NCBI GenBank assembly: GCA_028277605.1
Contig: JANQFZ010000027.1
Coordinates: forward strand, 235-64,234
Length of the DNA: 64,000 bases
Source of the DNA: Vallitaleaceae bacterium
GTDB taxonomy: Bacteria; Bacillota; Clostridia; Lachnospirales; Vallitaleaceae
Direction: 5' to 3'
Positions 41,375-50,632 of the stretch are shown piece after piece (the first letter of the stretch is position 1; every line of letters begins with the position of its first letter). The position numbers and the translations under genes were made by a program. The notes beneath the pieces were generated by a model. The model made no database searches. It had not been told where the DNA came from and saw nothing but the letters and a program-made list of their open reading frames with translations.

Positions 41375-42352
41375 TTAATTGCAGTCTACCTTTTTTGAAT
41401 TAATGACTTTATCATTATGATTAAATGCCTGATCTTCACCTGTTTTTATTTCTGCTAACAACTGATATAAATGTTTAACTCTTTCCCCAGAGTCTTGGAT
41501 ATGTATATAGGGAATGTCTACTTGTTTTTTTTGTAGATTTAAAAGTTCTTTCATTAACTGTGGACAAGATAGTTGATTGGAACGATTAATTCTTTTCATT
41601 AAGTATAGTTCATCTGATAATGAATTAATACCTTTGTTGGTGGTTAATGATACTTTAAACCCTAATATCTTTATTGCTGATTCTGATAAAGTATTATAAA
41701 GACCTAACGGGTATGAGAATACGACGACTTCATTACCAACATGGCTTTCAATTTCTTCTTTTAGCTTTATCGTATCATCGACCATTCGATCGACGTAGTC
41801 CTGATGACTTTCTCCTGTAAGCTGCTGAACACCTAAACCAGATTCATGCATATCAAAGGTATGGTGCTGAATATCTATCCAGCCACTTTCATACATTTCT
41901 CTCGCTTGCTCCCAAGTAAAGTGTGGAATGATTGGTGTTTCATTGTCCTTGTGTGTAGTACGTCCAACTGACCACCCTATAACTCCAATGGTTGCTTTCA
42001 TTTCTAATTCCTTTAAAATAGGATAGGCATACTCATAATTACTCATATAGCCATCATCAAATGTAATAACAATTGGATTTTTCGGTAATGGTATAGCCTT
42101 TTCCTTATACGCAATCAAATCTTTAAAATATATGGTTTCATACCCTAATATTTTTAAATACATCATATCTTGTTTGAATTTATCTGGAGATATAACTACT
42201 TCATTCCATTCTTCTGGAGCATAGGATAAGTGATGATACATCAGTATTGGAATATCTTGTTGTACTTCTGCATGAACGGATGTATGTAGTTGCATTGAAG
42301 TAAGCATAAAAACGGTTATTAAAAACACGGCTCTTATTTGCTTTTTTATCAT
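41375..42352 (-). CDS. Polysaccharide deacetylase (NodB/CE4 family), secreted
   Basis: Signal/TM followed by ITFDDGY and H..H motifs. The ATG at 42352 (GGTGG RBS) is preferred over 42424. Confidence 0.75.
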   Translation of the reverse strand: MIKKQIRAVFLITVFMLTSMQLHTSVHAEVQQDIPILMYHHLSYAPEEWNEVVISPDKFKQDMMYLKILGYETIYFKDLIAYKEKAIPLPKNPIVITFDDGYMSNYEYAYPILKELEMKATIGVIGWSVGRTTHKDNETPIIPHFTWEQAREMYESGWIDIQHHTFDMHESGLGVQQLTGESHQDYVDRMVDDTIKLKEEIESHVGNEVVVFSYPLGLYNTLSESAIKILGFKVSLTTNKGINSLSDELYLMKRINRSNQLSCPQLMKELLNLQKKQVDIPYIHIQDSGERVKHLYQLLAEIKTGEDQAFNHNDKVINSKKVDCN

Positions 42353-42630
42353 ATGTATTTCCACCTTATGGCATGTTTTGATAAATATACCTATTATTAT
42401 AGCAAATAAGTGATGGAGAAACAATGATTCATAGAATTATACCTATCAAAAGCCATCTTAGCATGATTTAATATGTATTGACTTATATCTATGTCTATGT
42501 CTATTGAGTCCCGATGTACTAAACATCTTTTAATAATAAACTGGTTGTATCATATGGAAGTAAATTGTATAATAGTAAATGTGCAGAAAAACTTTAAAGG
42601 TAGGGAGTTCATGTTTACAAGGAGAGAAAT

Positions 42631-43227
42631 ATGAAAACAATAAATAGTTATAAACCTCTTATTCTAATGGTAATAATAATAGGTTGTACATTCCTTACTG
42701 GCTGCAAAAATAAAAACATGACTGATCAGACAACCGTCAATGAAAATATAATACAAACCAAAGAGTTTATGGTAAATACTGAGTCTACAGATATCAATAC
42801 TTATGTAAAAGGAACTTTGTTCGTTAAAGGAACAGAAGAAACCCCTGAACAAATGCAAATAGTTGCTTTTATAGAAGTAGATCCTGATGATTGGGGAGGA
42901 GTTGCCTTTTATATTCCTAAAAATTGGAAAATCAATAACATCTTAAGTAGTTATTCAGAGAATGAAAGTAAAGACACTCTTCAAGATCATGTGACTACCT
43001 GGACTTGTGGTGATGAAAAACTAGAATGGCAAAAGTTTATTGAAGTCGGTAGAAATAGAAATTATGTTCCAACAGGAGGTTCTGGAACAGTGATTATAGA
43101 TTTAGTGATTGATAAAAATGATATGTCGCAATTAGAACAATATAATATTACAATAGCTGTTGGTTCTGACGAAAAAAACGGTGTGAAAATAATAGAAACT
43201 GATAGTATATCAATAGAAATACCTTAA
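42631..43227 (+). CDS. Hypothetical lipoprotein
   Basis: 198 aa with a lipobox LTGC and no recognisable catalytic motif. Confidence 0.5.
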   Translation: MKTINSYKPLILMVIIIGCTFLTGCKNKNMTDQTTVNENIIQTKEFMVNTESTDINTYVKGTLFVKGTEETPEQMQIVAFIEVDPDDWGGVAFYIPKNWKINNILSSYSENESKDTLQDHVTTWTCGDEKLEWQKFIEVGRNRNYVPTGGSGTVIIDLVIDKNDMSQLEQYNITIAVGSDEKNGVKIIETDSISIEIP

Positions 43228-43298
43228 AGTTTTCAAACTGAGCATATATTATCTGATATAGAATTTCTGTCTGAAGTATAGCTAGTTAATGTATTTGC

Positions 43299-43342
43299 AA
43301 AAACAACGGATAGCATCATTTGATAGCCTATCCGTTGTTTTT
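43299..43342. terminator. Bidirectional terminator
   Basis: AAAAACAACGGATAG..CTATCCGTTGTTTTT: 15-bp arms between convergent genes. Confidence 0.6.
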
Positions 43343-43369
43343 TACATCCATGACTAAACTAAAATAGAC

Positions 43370-43711
43370 TTATGACATACTCTCACATTCATCTGCACAG
43401 CGATGACAGATATCAGCACACTGTTGACAATGATCGGTTGGGAATTTAGCACATTCATCTCCACATGTTTTACACACATCACCACATACAGAACAAAGCT
43501 GAGAAGAGAATTCACTATCTCTTGACATAAACTGAGAGGATAATAGGCAAATATCTGCGCAATCCATATCTAGTTTTATACATTGTGCCATTGATTTTGG
43601 ATCAGGTTCATCCAAACAAGCAGTTGAACAATAATCACATGCTTTAGCACATTCCAAGCAGACATCAATACATTTTTGATACTTTTCATTACCTGTTGTA
43701 ATTGTATGCAA
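43370..43711 (-). CDS. Cysteine-rich four-helix-bundle copper-binding protein (DUF326-like)
   Basis: 113 aa with repeated CxxxC/CxxC spacing throughout. Confidence 0.6.
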   Translation of the reverse strand: MHTITTGNEKYQKCIDVCLECAKACDYCSTACLDEPDPKSMAQCIKLDMDCADICLLSSQFMSRDSEFSSQLCSVCGDVCKTCGDECAKFPTDHCQQCADICHRCADECESMS

Positions 43712-43884
43712 ATAAAAAACCTCCTTTAAATTTCTCGTATGTAGTATGTGAGAGATGAGTATAATATATTCTGATGGACTGTTGTTAGTTGAGTATAATA
43801 CTAGAAAATCATAAAATTAGTAACTCAACTTTCCCAGCACAAATCAGTAAATAAAACCTTAATAAATGTAGCTTGCTGATTAAT

Positions 43885-44328
43885 TCAATGCTGTAGTTGA
43901 CTTTTTAATAAATCCGTTGTTGTAGTAGTTATACTATCAACAAGATTTACAAATAACCTCATTAAGTTTTGAAGAGCTGTTGCTAAGTCCATATCTTGAA
44001 TGTCTTCGCAGAATAGAAAGAAAAGTTCACCAAAGGTTTTCTGATCCTTTTCTCTTCTTCGTAGCCATTCAATCATAATGTAACGGGTAAAAACAATGGT
44101 TGTATGGCTAATCATCATATCATAACTACGACCTTGAAACTTGCTGACGAGTTTCATTAAGGACTTCGTAGCTTTGAAGAATACTTCAATACTCCATCGA
44201 TTTCCATATCTACGAACGATCTCCTCATTAGACAAGGAGCAATCGGTACTAAGAATTACCAACCAGTCTTGCTTCTTATTACGGTTTTTGACATATACTA
44301 ACTTAATGGGTAATTGGATTGTCAACAC
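43885..44328 (-). pseudogene. IS4-family DDE transposase, C-terminal fragment
   Basis: 147 aa containing the Y(2)R(3)E(6)K signature YGNRWSIEVFFKATK. The N-terminal about 300 aa are missing. Confidence 0.7.
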
Positions 44329-44331
44329 TAT

Positions 44332-45075
44332 TTAGGACACTTTTTTCTCGGACATTAAATTTCTATATTCAATAGGTGATAAATAGCCTAAAGAACAATG
44401 TATTCTATAATGATTATGCCAGTGTATATAGTCAAATAAATCTGTTTCCAATTCCTCTAAAGTATTAAATATCCTATCAAAAGCAAATTCTGTTTTTATG
44501 ACCTTAAATGTGTCTTCACCTACTGAATTATCATAGGGGCATCCTTTTTTACTTAATGAATGTTAAATATTAAAGGTATATAATAATTCATCTATTGCTC
44601 TATTTTTAAATTCATCACCTCGATCAGTATGGAGAATACTTATCTGGTCTAGTGGTTGATTAATTTTAGAAAATGCTTTTAATACAAGAGTTGTGTCCTT
44701 TCTTGAACCTGCCGAATAGCCAATAATCTCACGATTAAACAGGTCAACTAATAAGCATATATAATGCCATTTACCAATAACATTTACATATGTTAGGTCG
44801 CTTACTATAACTTCCATTTGTGCCCTTTTATTTAATACTCTGTTAACTTTATTTACTATCTTATTCTCATTATACTTTGCACGATGAACCTTAAATTGCT
44901 TTACAGTGTATTGTGATACAAGTCCATATTTTTTCATGACGATACCAATACGTCTTCTAGAGACTTGATACCCTAGTTTAAATAATTCCTGCTTAATTTT
45001 TCTAGTTCCATAATTATTACGACTGACCTTAAATATCAAGAAACAAATTTTATACAACTTTTTCTTTGTGAACAC
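44332..45075 (-). pseudogene. IS3-family OrfB (integrase core) with an in-frame TAA stop; OrfA absent
   Basis: The reading frame continues through TAA at 44563-44565 (..YTFNI*HSLSKKGCPYDNSVGE..). DDE region LHTDRGDEF. Truncated upstream at about 45095. Confidence 0.75.
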
Positions 45076-45243
45076 TGGATTTATAGGTTGTTTTCAAGTG
45101 GGAAAGTTGAGTTAATAAATTAATGAAGATGGCGGCAGCAACTAAAATTCTACATTTTTCTACTTTGTATATATGATATAGTATTATAGTGAATTTATAA
45201 AATACTTAAAGGAGGAAACAAAGCAAAAAAATTATTTAGTTTA

Positions 45244-45933
45244 TTGTTAATTACTGTAATGATTATGGGTATGAGTACGAGTATTTTTGCATCAAGTGAG
45301 GTGAATCTAAATGATGAACTTCAAACGTACATAGAAAAAAATATGGTTACAAAGTCATATAATGCTGATAATGCGATTTACACAGTAACAATTGATGATG
45401 CAAATGAATTGGAAAAAATACATAATGGCAGTAATGATAAGCTTATTTCTAGAACAATTACTTACATAATTCTAAAGGAAGAAGATACATTTAAAGAAGA
45501 AACTAATATATCTAAGAATTTGACTCGTTGGGGTGATGATTGGACAATAGGAGGTTGGGAATATATAAGTAATAGATGGTATACTGAATCTGAAGGAACT
45601 CCATATAGAGTTGAAGGGGCAGCTGATATGACTGTTAAAATAACAACAGAATCAAGTTATCAACTGTTTGGTGAAGGTAGTGGAAAGGTTAAAGGCATAG
45701 TTGAGATAAAAATTGGCGGAAAAATTGATGAGAAAAAAAAGACAGAATGGTCAATTCATGTTCAAGTAGATGACGGATATTATAGAGACTTAGAAGTTTG
45801 GGAATACAAATCTAGATATGATTTTAATATCTATAAAAATGATGAATTATATGCAACTGATGGTATAGCATATAAACCTAATGGAGGCAAAAAATTAACA
45901 AATGATTTATATAAGAAAAGTGAAAATAAATAG
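45244..45933 (+). CDS. Hypothetical secreted protein (orphan, IS-flanked)
   Basis: 229-aa ORF with a signal-peptide-like N-terminus ..ITVMIMGMSTSIFASSE. An AAAGGAGG RBS lies at 45208-45215, but there is no ATG/GTG between it and the TTG at 45244. Confidence 0.4.
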   Translation: MLITVMIMGMSTSIFASSEVNLNDELQTYIEKNMVTKSYNADNAIYTVTIDDANELEKIHNGSNDKLISRTITYIILKEEDTFKEETNISKNLTRWGDDWTIGGWEYISNRWYTESEGTPYRVEGAADMTVKITTESSYQLFGEGSGKVKGIVEIKIGGKIDEKKKTEWSIHVQVDDGYYRDLEVWEYKSRYDFNIYKNDELYATDGIAYKPNGGKKLTNDLYKKSENK

Positions 45934-45950
45934 GATAGTGATAAAATAAG

Positions 45951-46136
45951 ATGTTAAAACAATATGTTAAGTATTTAATTTTGGGTTTGACGATTGGAAT
46001 CAGCATAATAATTTCTACATTGATTTATGCTCATTATAATAGGTATGAGTACCATAATTTGCATGATGGAATAGTATTTGATAAATTAACAGGACAAAAA
46101 TATTCTCCAAATACAATATCTGGCATGCCAAAATAG
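45951..46136 (+). CDS. Hypothetical small single-TM protein
   Basis: 61 aa with one TM segment, 17 nt after the preceding ORF. Confidence 0.3.
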   Translation: MLKQYVKYLILGLTIGISIIISTLIYAHYNRYEYHNLHDGIVFDKLTGQKYSPNTISGMPK

Positions 46137-46241
46137 TGACAATAAAAAAATGTAAATGTAAATTTGAAACAGCTTTCTATGATAGAAAAAATCAAGGAAA
46201 GCTGTTTTACTATAATCTTATAAATAGAAACTCTAAAATAT

Positions 46242-46407
46242 TTAGCAACAGCTCTTCAAAACTTAATGAGGTTATTTCTAAATCTTGTTGATAGTATAAC
46301 TACTACAACAACGGATTTATTAAAAAGTCAACTATAGCATTGGATTAATCAGCAAGCTACATTTATTAAGGTTTTATTTACTGATTTGTGCTGGGAAAGT
46401 TGAGTTA
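46242..46407 (+). mobile_element. 166-bp 3'-terminal remnant of a second copy of the IS4-family element (inverted relative to 43821-43986)
   Basis: About 98 percent identical to the reverse complement of 43821-43986. It includes the last about 30 transposase codons and the terminal TGGGAAAGTTGAGTTA (46392-46407). Confidence 0.7.
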
Positions 46408-46625
46408 GTAAATACAGAAAAACTGTAGTATAGACTAGTTATTAAATTTTTTTACGATAAATCAAATAAAATGGCTCCAATTTAATATAGAAACCATTGG
46501 TTAGCTATTCAACTTTATTATTATAATGAAAAGTTCCTTAAACTCTTAATAGACATTGGTGAAATAGTTGCATAAGTTATATAGTTGAAATATTAAATGA
46601 TATAAATATATATATAGCCGCAATA

Positions 46626-48635
46626 TTAGTATCGATTTAAGTTCGCTACTTGATTAAACAATTTTTCATAGGCTGATTGTTTTCTATAAAAGACTGGAGG
46701 ATAGCCTATGGGGGCTGGTATGGTATGTTCACCGCCCTTATATAAGTGTCCAGTCCAGAAGTGTACCCACTCATCTTCTGGTAAGTATACTGACCATGTA
46801 TTCTTGTTTTGTTCGTAAATCGGTGCTACTAATACTTCGGAACCAAAGAGATACTGATAAGCAATATCATAGGTTTTTGGGTCATTTTCATAATGCATAA
46901 ATAGTGGCCTTTGCATGGGCAACCCTTGGTTGGATGCCTCTTTTATTAAGCGTTCTATATAAGGCTTTAGAGCGATATGTATCTCTACCATTTTAGCTAA
47001 ATGTTTCATGGTTTCATCATCATGATAGTACTGAAAGTTCTGCTCGGGTCGATTGCCTTCATGCGTACGCATAAAGGATGTGAAAACACTCATTTCCGCC
47101 CAGCGTTGAAACAATTCCTTTGTTCGTATATTACCATGTAGACTTGTATAGCCTCCTATATCACTATGATGATATGGATTACCTATGATACCCGATGACA
47201 AAGCTCCTGGTATAACAGAAGCTAACCCATCATGAAGTGAAAAATCAACGGACTGATCGCCTGCCCATAAGGCTGTACAGTACTTTTGAGAACTATACCC
47301 ACCAGCTCGCATAAAGTAGAATATTTCTCCCAGTTTACCAGCTTCTTTGACAGCTTCATAATTACACTGCGCCCACAATACGGGCCATGCATTATGCATA
47401 ATCTTAGCATCTACCCCATTGTATAGGCAACAGTCCGTGGGCAAGTACTCACCGAAATCTGCCATCCATCCATCTAAACCAAAATCAATAAGATTCTTCT
47501 TAATAACTTCTTTATACCAGCCAAAAGCTTCAGGATTCGTTAAATCAACAATACCACAGTCAAATTCCCCAAAATCTACATCATAGTCTTCTCCATCATT
47601 TGTTTTTGCTAAATAATTTCTTTCTTTAGCTTCAGCATATAAAGAGCCATCGTTCACAACAAATGAAGTTAAATACCCCATAAATCGGATACCTTTTTCT
47701 TTTAACTCAAATATAACCTTATCTAAGTCTGGATAACGGTCTGGGTTCCATTCCCAGTTCCATCTTAACCGCTTTCCAAAAGAGGTTCTATTAATACCAA
47801 CCCAATCTTGACACCATAATCCACTCACTTGAATACCTGCTTGCTTGGCATCTTCTAAATAACCCAGAACCTTTTCGGTTCCTCCTTGAACCCCCAGCAT
47901 AACACCATCTCTGATCCAGCTTGGTAATTCTGGTAATCTACCGATATACTCTGTTAGTTTCTTTGTTAACTCTATATAGCTGCTTGCTGATTCAACAATT
48001 ACAGTTTGTGGTATATCCCAAGTTTGTAGCTCGTGAAAATCAGGATGTCTAAAGTCAAAATCAGCATAAGCTGTAGACTCTACGTGACACCAGTACTTTC
48101 TTGTTGAGATAAAAGTAGGTTCTGGATAGTTCGTTGTATAGTAGTCTCCACCCGCTCTATCTCTTGTATCTGCCAGCCAAGTGGTATAGGTGGTTTTGTC
48201 TCGTCCAACACCAGGTTCTGATGTCCACAAGGGGAAATGACGTCCACGTAGATTAAAGTAAGACATCTGCTCACCACATCCATACACCTTCTCATCCTTC
48301 TCAGCAAAAAATCTTAGCCACAAACGATTAATTTTTTTGTTTTTTTGTATAAAATCTATCAATAATCGTTCGTTTTCCTCTCTAACTTTCATAACAATTA
48401 AGGATTGTTCATCTGCTCCATGCAGCTTAAATTTAATACTATTCTCTTCTACACTAGCATAGGTTAATGGAAGGCGTTCAATAAGATAGTCTTCAATCTT
48501 GTAGTTCCCTCGATACATATCAATGCTTTCTTCCCCATATCCAATATATAGAGCTGGCTGCTCCACCGTATGACATAGTATTAACTTATCTTGTAAATAC
48601 AATGAAAAGCCTTGATCCAGTTCCACTATTTTCAT
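46626..48635 (-). CDS. yihQ: GH31 glycosidase, YihQ-type sulfoquinovosidase
   Basis: 669 aa. Long collinear similarity (from memory) to E. coli YihQ: YGCGEQ.SYF.LRG..FPLWTSE.GVGR, QDW.GI.RTSFGKRLRWNW, GWMADFGEYLPTD, WAGDQ, HHSDIGGYT. It is the last gene of the operon. Confidence 0.8.
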   Translation of the reverse strand: MKIVELDQGFSLYLQDKLILCHTVEQPALYIGYGEESIDMYRGNYKIEDYLIERLPLTYASVEENSIKFKLHGADEQSLIVMKVREENERLLIDFIQKNKKINRLWLRFFAEKDEKVYGCGEQMSYFNLRGRHFPLWTSEPGVGRDKTTYTTWLADTRDRAGGDYYTTNYPEPTFISTRKYWCHVESTAYADFDFRHPDFHELQTWDIPQTVIVESASSYIELTKKLTEYIGRLPELPSWIRDGVMLGVQGGTEKVLGYLEDAKQAGIQVSGLWCQDWVGINRTSFGKRLRWNWEWNPDRYPDLDKVIFELKEKGIRFMGYLTSFVVNDGSLYAEAKERNYLAKTNDGEDYDVDFGEFDCGIVDLTNPEAFGWYKEVIKKNLIDFGLDGWMADFGEYLPTDCCLYNGVDAKIMHNAWPVLWAQCNYEAVKEAGKLGEIFYFMRAGGYSSQKYCTALWAGDQSVDFSLHDGLASVIPGALSSGIIGNPYHHSDIGGYTSLHGNIRTKELFQRWAEMSVFTSFMRTHEGNRPEQNFQYYHDDETMKHLAKMVEIHIALKPYIERLIKEASNQGLPMQRPLFMHYENDPKTYDIAYQYLFGSEVLVAPIYEQNKNTWSVYLPEDEWVHFWTGHLYKGGEHTIPAPIGYPPVFYRKQSAYEKLFNQVANLNRY

Positions 48636-48670
48636 TATTTCACCTCTTATTCATGTCATTCTTATGATAA

Positions 48671-49486
48671 TTAACCTTTTACAGCCCCTGCTGACATACC
48701 TGCTATGAAATACCGTTGGAAAAACAGATACATCAATACCATAGGAATTGAGGCTATAGCAACACCTGTGAAAAGCATTTGATAGTCAATAACATACTGT
48801 CCTTGAAAATCTAGTAATGCCAAAGGAACTGTTTTTTTAGCCCTTTTTGTAATAAATAATAAAGGATATAATAAATCATTCCAATGCATAACAAACAAAA
48901 ATATGCCTGTTGCTGATAATGAAGGTAATGAAAGCGGCATAACAACTCTTGAATAGATCTTCCATTCATTTGCCCCATCTACTTTAGAAGCACCGAACAA
49001 TTCCTTGTGAATCGACCGCATAAAGCCTGTTAAAATAAAAACTGCCACTGGTAATGTAGATGCAATATTAGCAATAATTAAGCCTGTTAATTTATTTTTA
49101 AGACCAAAAGAAGATATCAGATTATATAGCGGTATCATATTTACTTGAGGAGGAATCATCATACCTGCTGCAAACAAAGCAAAAATAATAATTCCTAGAA
49201 TTTTATTGCATCGAATAATAAAATAAGCAGCTAAACTTCCAAAAAATAGAGTTAGAAAAACAGAGGTTAACGTGGTTTGAATACTGTTTAGAAAATAAAC
49301 AACAAACTTTTCTTCTACAAATATTTTATAGTAGTTATCAAGAGAAAAGTTTCTAGGGAGTCCAGCAATATTCTGAAATAACTCTGTACCATCTTTGAAG
49401 GTAGCAAAGAAAATGATAGATAGAGGTAATAGAATAGCCAGTGCGTATAAGCATAATACAATATTTCTTATAATTTTTTTATTCAT
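48671..49486 (-). CDS. CUT1 sugar ABC transporter permease
   Basis: 271 aa, 6 TM, with EAA-like loop HKELFGASKVDGANEW. Confidence 0.85.
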   Translation of the reverse strand: MNKKIIRNIVLCLYALAILLPLSIIFFATFKDGTELFQNIAGLPRNFSLDNYYKIFVEEKFVVYFLNSIQTTLTSVFLTLFFGSLAAYFIIRCNKILGIIIFALFAAGMMIPPQVNMIPLYNLISSFGLKNKLTGLIIANIASTLPVAVFILTGFMRSIHKELFGASKVDGANEWKIYSRVVMPLSLPSLSATGIFLFVMHWNDLLYPLLFITKRAKKTVPLALLDFQGQYVIDYQMLFTGVAIASIPMVLMYLFFQRYFIAGMSAGAVKG

Positions 49487-49498
49487 CTCATTTCCTCC

Positions 49499-50371
49499 CT
49501 AATTTGTTTCATATCTGTCAACCAGCTTAAATTGTAAAAATGTGATTGCGCCAATAATAACTAAAAAGATGATTGATTGTGCGGCTGCATAACCAAATTT
49601 GTTGCTTCTGAAGGCAACATTATAGATATTGGTAGCAATGATTTCTGTCGAGTAATTTGGACCCCCACGAGTCATAGTATAGATAAGATCAAAGGCTTTG
49701 AAGGTTTGAATCGTCGTGTAAGCAACAACAATGGTAGCCGCTGGTGCTATCATAGGCCATGTTACCCTTCTAAATGTTTGCAAAGCACTTGCCCCTTCTA
49801 TCTTTGCTACCTCGTAAAACTGCTTAGGAATGGCTTGCAAGCCTGCAACAAAGATAACAATCATCTGCCCGACATGAAACCATGCTTTAACAACTGCAAT
49901 GGAGTAAATAGCAATGGACTTATCTCCTAACCAGTCTTGTATCATCCATTCTAATCCAAGTGATTTTAACAATTGGTCAATAGGTCCAATATTAGGTGCA
50001 TATAAAAAAGTCCAAATGAAACCTACAGATACAGATGCTAATATAGTTGGGAAAAAATACAAGGCTCTAAAAAACACGTTGCTTTTAGTATTCTTTATTA
50101 ATAATAATGCTAAACCTAAGGAAAATAAAAATTGTAGTATAGAAGCAGATAACGTAAATTTTACGTTATTAGTTAATGACTTGATAAATATCGTATCATT
50201 GGTGAACAAATTAATGAAGTTTTTTAATCCTACAAAATTAAATGCAGGAGAAACCCCATCCCAATCAGTAATAGAATAAAAAAGAGATAATACGGTAGGA
50301 TATACATAAAATACACCATATATCAATAGGGCAGGTATAATGAAAAACCCTATTTTTTTGCTTGCCCTCAT
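49499..50371 (-). CDS. CUT1 sugar ABC transporter permease
   Basis: 290 aa, 6 TM, with EAA-like loop IPKQFYEVAKIEGASAL. Confidence 0.85.
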   Translation of the reverse strand: MRASKKIGFFIIPALLIYGVFYVYPTVLSLFYSITDWDGVSPAFNFVGLKNFINLFTNDTIFIKSLTNNVKFTLSASILQFLFSLGLALLLIKNTKSNVFFRALYFFPTILASVSVGFIWTFLYAPNIGPIDQLLKSLGLEWMIQDWLGDKSIAIYSIAVVKAWFHVGQMIVIFVAGLQAIPKQFYEVAKIEGASALQTFRRVTWPMIAPAATIVVAYTTIQTFKAFDLIYTMTRGGPNYSTEIIATNIYNVAFRSNKFGYAAAQSIIFLVIIGAITFLQFKLVDRYETN

Positions 50372-50632
50372 TAAGCCTCACTCCTTGAATGTAGAATATA
50401 GTGCAGGATCAAAATAATATAGACTTGATATAACGAAGAGAATTTCATCCTTTATGAAATTCTCTTCCTTATTAAATTCTGTATAGGTAGAACTAAATAA
50501 TTAGTAGACCCATTATTTAGAACCCTTCAACCTATAAGCTCAAAACATATAATGAACTTATCAATTGGTAATCATGTAAATAAAAGTTCATTATATACAG
50601 GTAACTATCTACGTATAACTATTTACTTATAA

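Larger units (their letters stand above)
43821..45114 (-). mobile_element. Decayed IS4-family element bounded by perfect 16-bp terminal inverted repeats, carrying a nested IS3-family fragment
   Basis: TAACTCAACTTTCCCA at 43821-43836 and TGGGAAAGTTGAGTTA at 45099-45114. The interior holds only transposase fragments. Confidence 0.65.

Noticed and set aside
49577-50279. Two plus-strand ORFs (117 and 121 aa)
   Set aside because: They are antisense to an ABC permease with clear TM and EAA-loop features, and are typical AT-rich shadow frames.
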